Source: Candidatus Iainarchaeum sp. (GTDB taxonomy: Archaea > Iainarchaeota > Iainarchaeia > Iainarchaeales > JAFCCW01). Taken from it: a stretch of DNA of 64,000 nt. The notes beneath the pieces were generated by a model, which saw nothing but the letters and a program-made list of their open reading frames with translations, made no database searches and had not been told where the DNA came from. The position numbers and the translations under genes are program-made. The stretch spans positions 16,397 through 80,396 of the forward strand of contig JAFCCW010000001.1 in assembly GCA_017609985.1 (NCBI GenBank), read 5' to 3'. This document shows positions 27,186 to 34,645 of the stretch, piece after piece. Each line of letters starts with the position of its first letter. Positions within the stretch are counted from its first letter, which is position 1.

Positions 27186-28186
27186 AAAAAATGTATCAAA
27201 GAATAGCAGCAATATTACCAAAAAGTTTTGTAAACTGGATTCAATCAGAACTAGACTTTGTGGGAATCAAAGTAGATGAAAGACAGTTTGCAGGATTTGT
27301 AGTATCGTTTGGAATAGGATTAAGCATTGCAGTAGCAATAAATCTTCAAGTATTTCTTGAACTTGCTTTTCCAATAGGATTCTTTGGAACATTAATAGTC
27401 TTTGTTGGAGGAATGCTTTTCTGGATAAATTCAGTTGCAGAAAACAAGGGAAAATTTGTTGAAAGAATTCTTCCGGATGCACTCCAGTTGATTGCGTCAA
27501 ATATCAAAGCAGGAATGACAGCTGAAAGAGCATTGATGGCGAGTGCAAGACCAGAATTTGGACCACTATCAGAAGAATTCAAAAACGCAAGCAAAAAAGT
27601 GTTTGCAGGCACTCCATTTGACACTGCACTACTGGAAATTGCAACAAAAATCAAGTCACCACTGCTCAAAAGAACAATATGGCTGTTAACACAGGGAATA
27701 AAAAGCGGAGGAGAAATCGCAGACCTATTACTGCAAATTGGGTCAGACCTAAGAGAAGAAAACGCGATAAAAGATGAAATACAGGGAAACGTAAGCATTT
27801 ACGTGCTGATGATATTTGTTGCAGCAGCATTTGGCTCACCACTGCTGTTTGGAATGAGCTCGATTGTTGTTGGAACACTCTCAGAACAGATGGATAATGT
27901 AGACCTTTCCCCTGAAAAACTTGCCGAAATGCAAACCCAAAGCAGAGTAGGAAACATTATAGGAGTGCCAACAGCATCAATAACAGAAGAATTTGTAGTA
28001 TTCTTTTCAACGATTTCACTACTAGTAATATCTGTTTTTGCATCACTGACACTGGGAGCAATAAGCTCTGGCAAGGAAAAAGACGGAATAAAATACATTC
28101 CAGTGCTGATTCTGATGACAATAACTATCTTCTTTGTGATAAGAATATTCATCGGCGGAGCAATAGGCTCACTTGGAATGATGTAA
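27182..28186 (+). CDS. type II secretion system F-domain platform protein, second of two (TadC-like)
   Basis: Single T2SF-type domain (LQLIASNIKAGMTAERALMASA...IWLLTQGIKSGGE) plus TM helices. Confidence 0.8.
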   Translation: MKKMYQRIAAILPKSFVNWIQSELDFVGIKVDERQFAGFVVSFGIGLSIAVAINLQVFLELAFPIGFFGTLIVFVGGMLFWINSVAENKGKFVERILPDALQLIASNIKAGMTAERALMASARPEFGPLSEEFKNASKKVFAGTPFDTALLEIATKIKSPLLKRTIWLLTQGIKSGGEIADLLLQIGSDLREENAIKDEIQGNVSIYVLMIFVAAAFGSPLLFGMSSIVVGTLSEQMDNVDLSPEKLAEMQTQSRVGNIIGVPTASITEEFVVFFSTISLLVISVFASLTLGAISSGKEKDGIKYIPVLILMTITIFFVIRIFIGGAIGSLGMM

Positions 28187-28283
28187 TCAACAAGGCAGAA
28201 ACAAAACTAATTGAAGATAACTAACTCTGCAAAAGAAATAAAAAAAAGAAAAAAAAAGAAAAAGAAAGAACGGAAAACAATCA

Positions 28284-28739
28284 TTAGATTGTTCCGTTAC
28301 AAACTATTTTTGCTGTGGCTGGTAAAGTGCCTTCTGTTGTGTACAACACTGTAGCAGTAGCGCCAGTGACGTTTCCGGCAGTAGCAGGACCATCAAGCGT
28401 TGTGACTGTAAATGTTGAACCTGCCGCAACAGTTCCAGCAGTACATTCAGCTGTGCCTGCACAGTCAGTAATCCCTGTACCATCACACGAAGTTACACAA
28501 TTATCCACAAGTGTTATTGTTCCACCCGTAGCATTCTGCAGTGTAAATCCAACCGCATCAGTACCAAGACTAAACGTGCTCTCTTTCAGAATAATTGAAT
28601 TATTCTGGCTGACACAGGTAACTCCTCCGCCTGTTGTACTGGTCACATAAATAAGGATTCCGATTACAATCGCAATCACGATAAGTGCCCAGCCATAGGT
28701 CATCAAATACTCAAGAGCTGCTTGTCCTTTTTTTTCCAT
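28284..28739 (-). CDS. archaeal type IV pilin (probable major subunit)
   Basis: MEKKG^QAALEYLMTYGWALIVIAIVIGILIYV followed by a Thr/Gly/Ala-rich beta-type domain. A strong SD, AAGGAGGGAAAAC, precedes the ATG on the minus strand. Confidence 0.9.
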   Translation of the reverse strand: MEKKGQAALEYLMTYGWALIVIAIVIGILIYVTSTTGGGVTCVSQNNSIILKESTFSLGTDAVGFTLQNATGGTITLVDNCVTSCDGTGITDCAGTAECTAGTVAAGSTFTVTTLDGPATAGNVTGATATVLYTTEGTLPATAKIVCNGTI

Positions 28740-28841
28740 GTTTTCCCTCCTTTGAAAGTTTTAAACATCCCGTGCTGGGAGTTTTGTTTATAATATATTT
28801 TTGTTATTTAAAAATATTCGCTTTGAAAATAGCAAAACAGG

Positions 28842-29315
28842 TTATTTAAGGGCTTTTTTAAGAGAAAGCTCAACCTTTTTTGGAACAAAACAGGACACGT
28901 TCCCGCCCATTTCAGCAATTTCCTTGACCATTGAAGAGCTTAAATAGAAATATTTTGGGTCTGTCACAATGAGAACAGTTTCAAGATTTCCCAGCTTTCT
29001 GTTAACAATAGCAGTCTGGAATTCAAATTCAAAATCGGAAAGTTCGCGCAAGCCACGCACTACAGCAGAAGCTTTTTTCTTTTTAGCATACTCAACAAGC
29101 AAACCAGTGAAAGATTCAACCTCAACACCCTTAACATCAGACAACGCATCTTTAGCCAGCGCAATACGCTTTGCCACAGAAAAAGTCGGCTTCTTTCTCG
29201 GATTGTTGGAAATAGCAACAGTTACTTTTCCAAAAAGCTTGGCTGCACGCTTTACAACATCCACGTGACCAAAAGTAATAGGATCAAACGTGCCAGGATA
29301 AATAACTCTATTCAT
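28842..29315 (-). CDS. coaD: phosphopantetheine adenylyltransferase, bacterial CoaD type
   Basis: YPGTFDPITFGHVDVVKRA (the T/HxGH nucleotidyltransferase motif in the bacterial CoaD context). Length 157 aa, with ISSSMVKEI near the C-terminus. Confidence 0.9.
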   Translation of the reverse strand: MNRVIYPGTFDPITFGHVDVVKRAAKLFGKVTVAISNNPRKKPTFSVAKRIALAKDALSDVKGVEVESFTGLLVEYAKKKKASAVVRGLRELSDFEFEFQTAIVNRKLGNLETVLIVTDPKYFYLSSSMVKEIAEMGGNVSCFVPKKVELSLKKALK

Positions 29316-29874
29316 TCAAATCCCTCAAAATTTTCAAAACCTGCTCAGCAGTAAAATCAATGCTTCTTGAATTATCTAAAGAGTAATCAGCCTTTTTAAG
29401 CTTTTCATCAAAAGGCATCTGGCAGTCAATCATCTTAACTGCAAAATCCTTTGAAAAACCACGGGATTCAAGTCTTGAAATTTGCTGAGAACGAGAACAG
29501 GTTACAACTGCAACAGCATCAAACAGGCTTTCCCAGCCAACCTCAAACAAGAGAGGAACATCAACAACAACAAGCTTGCAGGACAAAGAAACAAGTTTAA
29601 GGAAACTGTCTTCAAGCTCGCTTTTGACAAGAGGGTGAAGAATTGATTCAAGCTGTTCTCTCTTCACAGGGTTCTGAAAAACAATCTGAGAAATAACTTC
29701 CTTGGAAGAAGAGCCAAAAACAGAGGCAATTCTGTCAACAACCTGCGGCAGAGAATAAAGAGAGTCAACAATCTCGTCGCAGTCAATTGTTTCAGCAGAA
29801 TTTTCGCTAAAAAGCTTCAGAACAGTTGACTTTCCAGAAGCAATTCCTCCAGTTAAACCAAGCTTAAACATCAA
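29308..29874 (-). CDS. coaE: dephospho-CoA kinase, bacterial/eukaryotic CoaE type
   Basis: GLTGGIASGKSTV P-loop at the N-terminus; 188 aa; 8-nt overlap with coaD. Confidence 0.85.
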   Translation of the reverse strand: MMFKLGLTGGIASGKSTVLKLFSENSAETIDCDEIVDSLYSLPQVVDRIASVFGSSSKEVISQIVFQNPVKREQLESILHPLVKSELEDSFLKLVSLSCKLVVVDVPLLFEVGWESLFDAVAVVTCSRSQQISRLESRGFSKDFAVKMIDCQMPFDEKLKKADYSLDNSRSIDFTAEQVLKILRDLNE

Positions 29875-29902
29875 ATCACTGAAAGAAGTAATGCAAAAAG
29901 AT

Positions 29903-30074
29903 TAATAAAAAGGAGATGGAACAAGAGAAACAGAAGAAAATAAAGAAAAGAAATGGAAACAAAAGGGAAAAAGAAGAGAAAAGAAAGAGAAAAAAGAAAA
30001 GAAAGAAAAGAAGCAGGAAAAAAGCACGGGAAAAAAGAGAAAACAAGAGAAAAAACAGGAAAAAAACAGCTTGA
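29903..30074 (+). repeat. about 170-nt polypurine (A/G) tract, which could encode a 52-aa ultrabasic peptide (29916..30074)
   Basis: Almost uninterrupted A/G on the + strand (AAGAAAAGAAAG-type units). An in-frame ATG at 29916 and TGA at 30072-30074 give MEQEKQKKIKKRNGNKREKEEKRKRKKKRKKRSRKKAREKRENKRKNRKKTA. Confidence 0.6.
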
Positions 30075-30119
30075 AAAAAACCAAATTTTTAGTCAAAAAA
30101 GAGTTTGAAATCCTAAAAA

Positions 30120-30130
30120 TTTAAAATTAA
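30120..30130 (+). promoter_or_regulatory. TATA-like box upstream of the candidate sRNA
   Basis: TTTAAAATTAA lies 26-36 nt upstream of the first paired base (30156) of the structured element. Confidence 0.3.
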
Positions 30131-30155
30131 TAGTAAGTTATGCGAAAATAATAAT

Positions 30156-30221
30156 GTGACCTAACAGCGGAGGAATCTTGTCTCCTTCGGGGGATGGACT
30201 TTGACGCTGTTAGGGTAGCAC
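30156..30221 (+). ncRNA. candidate structured small RNA, class unknown
   Basis: 10-bp stem CCTAACAGCG (30160-30169) / CGCTGTTAGG (30205-30214). An apical hairpin CTCC-TTCG-GGGG (30182-30193) sits between two symmetric 10-12 nt internal loops. Local GC is clearly above the surroundings, and a T-rich stretch (TTCTTT) follows. Confidence 0.4.
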
Positions 30222-30299
30222 TTCCCTAATTCTTTAAAACAAACAAAATTTACTGAGGCAATATTTAAAAGCAATCACAGCATATTATTAGTGGTTTAA

Positions 30300-30998
30300 A
30301 TGAGAGAAGACATAAGAATCAAAACCGGAGTGCCGGGACTGGACGAAATACTCTACGGAGGAATTCCTAAAAGCAATCTTGTAGTGCTCTCCGGAGACCC
30401 TGGAAGCGGAAAAACCATAATGTGCCTGCAATATCTTTACAATGGCGCGACAAAATTTAATGAAGCCGGAATTTATATTTCACTTGAAGAAAGTGAAGAA
30501 GAACTCATAAAGATTGCAGCAGACTTCGGATGGGATTTTAACAAGCTTCAAAAAGAAGGAAAGGTTGCAATAATTACAGTAGAATTATACGACTTTGACA
30601 AACTGAAAAATACTATTGAAGATGCAATAAGCAAAATGGGCGCAAAAAGGCTGGTGATAGACCCTGGAGTAATATTCAGACTATACTTTGAAAGAGAACT
30701 GGATGCAAGAAAAAGAATAATGGGTTTAGGAAAAATGCTCAAAAAAATAAACTGCACTTCAATAATTACAAACGAAATAGCACTTGACAAAATTGACTCC
30801 TTGTTTGGGCTTGAAGAATATGTTGCAGACGGAGTGATTCTCTTATACCACACATGTTCACAAAACAAGTTTATTAGATCCATTGGAGTACTAAAAATGA
30901 GAGGCACAAAAATTTCCGAAAAACTCCATCCTCTTCAGATAACAAAAAACGGATTAAAGGCACTGCACAAGCAAGAGCTTTTTGAAGACATCAAATGA
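30300..30998 (+). CDS. KaiC-like RecA-superfamily ATPase (single domain)
   Basis: GVPGLDEILYGGIPKSNLVVLSGDPGSGKTIMCLQYLYNG (Walker A), SLEESEEELIKIAADFGWDF (KaiC-family hallmark), and VIDPG as Walker B. Confidence 0.85.
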   Translation: MREDIRIKTGVPGLDEILYGGIPKSNLVVLSGDPGSGKTIMCLQYLYNGATKFNEAGIYISLEESEEELIKIAADFGWDFNKLQKEGKVAIITVELYDFDKLKNTIEDAISKMGAKRLVIDPGVIFRLYFERELDARKRIMGLGKMLKKINCTSIITNEIALDKIDSLFGLEEYVADGVILLYHTCSQNKFIRSIGVLKMRGTKISEKLHPLQITKNGLKALHKQELFEDIK

Positions 30999-31007
30999 CG
31001 TGATTAA

Positions 31008-31790
31008 ATGAAGAAAAATAACACAAAAAAAGGAAAGCACAAGCTTGTTGAAAGAATTAAATCCAAAATCTTAAAAAAACCTGAAAATAAAATAAAAAAA
31101 AGAGAATCAAAACCTGTGAAAAAAGTAGAGAAAAAAATTGAATCTCCAAAAAAGAAGGAAAAAGTAAAACCTGCTGAAAAAAGAAAAATAAGCGATGGGG
31201 CAGAAGACGAAGAACTATTTCAGATGCTAAGCCCGTTCTACAAAATAGAATTGAAGGTAAAAAAAACAATGGATGAAGGCGGAAAAGACTACAACTGTAT
31301 CCTACTTGTGGAAAACCTGAAAGAATATTCCAACATTAATTTAGCGCTTTTGAAATATTTTCAGAGCCAAAAAATTCCAGGAATATTTGTAACAGTAAAC
31401 AAGCCAGTGCAGGACATAATTAAGACAGCGAAAAAAAACAATATTGGAATAGAAAATGTAAAGTTTATTGATGCAATAACCCTGCAGTCAGGAAATATTA
31501 CAATAAATCAACAAGTAGACTATGTTGAATCCCCAAAAGATCTTGTGGAACTGATAACCCTAATTGAAGAAGAAATAGACGGAATGACTGAAAAATTCTT
31601 TCTAGTGTTTGATTCTGTTTCAACAATGCTCGTGTACAACAAAAAACAGTCTGTTGAAAAATTTATTCATTCCCTGTCAGGAAAAATAAAGTCAAGCGAA
31701 TGTCAGGGAATAATTATTGCAGTAGAATCAACTGAAGAAGAAACACTTCATGCACTTGCCCAATTCTGCGATGCCACAATAAAAGTTTGA
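31008..31790 (+). CDS. Lys-rich N-terminal tail plus a P-loop-less RecA/KaiC-like domain (hypothetical)
   Basis: 9 nt downstream of the KaiC-like gene. The C-terminal 180 aa show strand-helix alternation similar to the KaiC fold (ILLVENLKEY..., FLVFDSVSTMLVY, GIIIAVES) but there is no GxxGxGKT. Confidence 0.45.
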   Translation: MKKNNTKKGKHKLVERIKSKILKKPENKIKKRESKPVKKVEKKIESPKKKEKVKPAEKRKISDGAEDEELFQMLSPFYKIELKVKKTMDEGGKDYNCILLVENLKEYSNINLALLKYFQSQKIPGIFVTVNKPVQDIIKTAKKNNIGIENVKFIDAITLQSGNITINQQVDYVESPKDLVELITLIEEEIDGMTEKFFLVFDSVSTMLVYNKKQSVEKFIHSLSGKIKSSECQGIIIAVESTEEETLHALAQFCDATIKV

Positions 31791-31794
31791 TTTG

Positions 31795-33090
31795 TCACTG
31801 CTTTAAAGAAACTTTTCCCTCATAAAGCTTTGAAAGCACGGATTCCAACTCAGAAAAAAGAGAATCTGTTTCAGTCACAGAAGAACTTGCATTCTTTTTC
31901 TTTCCCAAAAGAATAGATTTTTTCTCTAAAATTTCTCGTTCAACAGAATCAATCTCACGCTCGATTTTCTCTGATTTTTCAAAAACATTGTTTTTGCGCA
32001 ACAAAGTCTCTGTTTCAGAAAGCTTTGCTTCAACCTTGTTAAGTTTCCAGAAAACATTTTCAAAAAAGTCAAAAGAAACAAGTTCTTCAATTGCAGAAAT
32101 CTTTTTATCGCGCTCTTTGTCCTTCAGAGAAATTTCTCCAGAAATAATCTGTTCCTTTAAAGCTGAAAGAATTTTTTTAAGAACTAAAGCGCCATGATCT
32201 TTCTTGAATGCAATAAGTGGATTTGAAAGATATTCTTTCAGCAAAGACTCTTCCTTTGAGGATAAAGAAACCTTGTTAACAGAAACAAGTTTTTCAAACT
32301 TTTTCAGGGGTTTTTCAACAGGAAACAAAAGCTGGGAAAGCCTGGACTTAAGTTCCTGCTTTTCATGAAGAAGCTTGCTCTTGTTTTCTTTAAGAGATTC
32401 AAATTTTTTAAAATCCAAGGAAGAGGAAAGCTCTTCAAGGCTGGCTACAAGAGACTTTTTATTGTCTTCAAGCTCTGAAATTTTTTCAGAAAAAGAGTCA
32501 AGTTCATCAACTGCATTTAAGTTTTTGGAAGAAACATCACGAATAGAAGAAACAAGAATTTTTGCCCGCTCAGAAAGAAAAACCTTACTCTCCGGACTGA
32601 ATTTTTCAGAAATTTCTGCAAGAACAGCTCTTGTTTCCTCTAAAATTTCTCCGAACTCCTTTATTTCTTCTTTAAGATAAACAGAAGAATAAGCAATATT
32701 CTTCCAAGAAGACTCAACCTCTTTTCTGATTAGTTCAAGCGAAGAAATAGAATAGCTCCTAGCTTCTTTTGGAGAAAAAAAAGGAGGGGGCGAGATGCGT
32801 TCAGCAAGCGAAGAAAGTTTTCTGACAGCATTTGTCCTACTGGTTGAAACAATCTTCTCAACACGCTTGTTTTGTTTGTCGATTCCTGCCTGCTCCAAAG
32901 AAACAGCTTTTGCAGAAAGTTGGCGGAGAAGATGCTTTATTTCAGAAGATTTTTTAGCATAAAACTCCTCTAATTCTCCTGCTTCAAATGCAGATTGGGA
33001 TTTAATGAAGTCATCTGCATTGGAGAACAAGAGTTCCACTGGCTTTTTTTCTTTCTTGGTCTTTCCAAAAATTTTTTCAAGAAAACTCAT
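31795..33090 (-). CDS. long coiled-coil protein, unknown function
   Basis: 431 aa, Ser/Glu/Lys/Leu-rich with heptad-like periodicity throughout. No TM segment or enzymatic motif. Confidence 0.6.
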   Translation of the reverse strand: MSFLEKIFGKTKKEKKPVELLFSNADDFIKSQSAFEAGELEEFYAKKSSEIKHLLRQLSAKAVSLEQAGIDKQNKRVEKIVSTSRTNAVRKLSSLAERISPPPFFSPKEARSYSISSLELIRKEVESSWKNIAYSSVYLKEEIKEFGEILEETRAVLAEISEKFSPESKVFLSERAKILVSSIRDVSSKNLNAVDELDSFSEKISELEDNKKSLVASLEELSSSLDFKKFESLKENKSKLLHEKQELKSRLSQLLFPVEKPLKKFEKLVSVNKVSLSSKEESLLKEYLSNPLIAFKKDHGALVLKKILSALKEQIISGEISLKDKERDKKISAIEELVSFDFFENVFWKLNKVEAKLSETETLLRKNNVFEKSEKIEREIDSVEREILEKKSILLGKKKNASSSVTETDSLFSELESVLSKLYEGKVSLKQ

Positions 33091-33190
33091 TCAAACCAAT
33101 AATAGTTTCAGGGGAACAAATTAAAATACGCAGTCAGAGGAAATGCAGAGACAAAAAAGGGTTAAAAAAGGCTCCCAGTAAAAGTTAGTT

Positions 33191-34597
33191 ATGGAGAAAA
33201 AAGAAGCAGGAAAAATAAAAGAATCCTTGAAGACAGCAGCAGACTGGATTAAGAAAAAGGACAAGTTTGCGCTCATAAGCCATTATGATGCGGATGGCCT
33301 GACAGCAGCAGGGATAATGGGAAAAACACTTCAAAGAGAAAACAAAGAATTCAAAACAAAGAATGTAAAACAGCTGTACAGTGAAACAGTAAAAGAAATT
33401 CAAACAATGGGAGAAAATTTTATTTTTACAGATTTTGGCTCAGCACTAATTCCAAAAATTGAAAAAAACTTCAAAGGAAAATGGATAGTGCTAGACCATC
33501 ACCAGCCAAAAACAAAAGAACAGGATTCTGAAAGCCATGTAAACCCAGCATTCTTTGGACTGGACGGGGGCAAGGAAATTTCAGGGTCAGGTCTTGCGTA
33601 TTTGCTTGCAAAAGAAATGAGTGAGAAAAATAAGGATTTGTCTGCTTTGGCTATTGTTGGAGCAGTAGGAGATATGCAGGATTTCAGCGGAAAACTTATC
33701 GGCAAAAACAGAGAAATTATGGAAGACGGAATAAAAGAAGGAGTGCTGGGAGTAAAAAATGATTTGAGACTTTACGGCAGAATTTCAAGACCGCTCACCC
33801 AGTTTTTGTGCTATAGCTCTTCTCCAATCTTGCCGGAACTAACAGCAAATGAACAAAAGTGCAGTGAATTTCTCAAAACTCATAAAATTGAATTAAGAGA
33901 AGGAGAGCAATGGAGAAGCTACGAAGATCTTGATGCAGGAGAAAAACAAAAACTAGCGAGTGCTATAGCAATGCATCTTGCAGAGCATAATACTCCGGAA
34001 TGGAAAATAAGAAGCATGATTGGAGAAGTGTACACGCTCAAAAACGAGGAATTGAAAAGCCCGTTAAGAGATGCAAAAGAGTATGCCACCCTGCTGAATG
34101 CATGCGGAAGACATGCTCAGCCAGAAATAGGATTAAGTGTTACAATGGGGGACAGGGAAGAAGAATTTGAAAAAGCAATACTGCTTCTAGCCCAGCACAG
34201 AAAAGAATTAAGAGCAGGAATAGAATTAATGCAAAGCAGAGGAGTGGAAGAATATGAAAACTTTTACTTCTTTGACGCAGGCAACGAAATAAAAGATTCC
34301 ATTGTGGGAATTGTTGCAGGAATGTTGTATGGGAGCGGAGCAATACCTGGAAACAAACCAGTTATTGCATTTGCAATGCACGAAGACAAAACAATCAAGG
34401 TCAGCGGAAGAGGAACACAAGATCTGTTGCGAAAAGGACTGAATCTGGGCCAGGCATTGAAGGATGTTTGTGCAGAACTAGGGGAGAGTGCAGAAGGCGG
34501 AGGACACAAAATAGCAGCAGGCTGCAGGATAGAAGAAAAAGAAAAAGAAGAATTTTTGAAAATACTAGACACAAAAATAAAAGAGAATTATACATAA
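33191..34597 (+). CDS. DHH/DHHA1 phosphoesterase, archaeal RecJ/Cdc45-like
   Basis: ISHYDADGLTAAG (DHH motif I/II), LDHHQP (DHH motif) and GGGHKIAAG (DHHA1). Confidence 0.8.
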   Translation: MEKKEAGKIKESLKTAADWIKKKDKFALISHYDADGLTAAGIMGKTLQRENKEFKTKNVKQLYSETVKEIQTMGENFIFTDFGSALIPKIEKNFKGKWIVLDHHQPKTKEQDSESHVNPAFFGLDGGKEISGSGLAYLLAKEMSEKNKDLSALAIVGAVGDMQDFSGKLIGKNREIMEDGIKEGVLGVKNDLRLYGRISRPLTQFLCYSSSPILPELTANEQKCSEFLKTHKIELREGEQWRSYEDLDAGEKQKLASAIAMHLAEHNTPEWKIRSMIGEVYTLKNEELKSPLRDAKEYATLLNACGRHAQPEIGLSVTMGDREEEFEKAILLLAQHRKELRAGIELMQSRGVEEYENFYFFDAGNEIKDSIVGIVAGMLYGSGAIPGNKPVIAFAMHEDKTIKVSGRGTQDLLRKGLNLGQALKDVCAELGESAEGGGHKIAAGCRIEEKEKEEFLKILDTKIKENYT

Positions 34598-34645
34598 CAA
34601 GTTGTTTATTTAATTGTTTTGCAAAAAGATAGTTACTGACATAAT

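Noticed and set aside
29902-30096. 64-aa minus-strand ORF (MTKNLVFFKLFFSCFFSCF...) in the coaE-KaiC spacer
   Set aside because: It is simply the complement of the polypurine tract, almost pure Phe/Ser/Leu/Cys with no start context. The tract itself is reported instead.
30156-30221. Classifying the structured RNA as a C/D box or H/ACA guide RNA
   Set aside because: There is no convincing C (RUGAUGA) or D (CUGA) box pair, no K-turn in the short apical stem, and no clear ACA trinucleotide after the basal stem (the sequence reads GGTAGCAC). It is left as class unknown.
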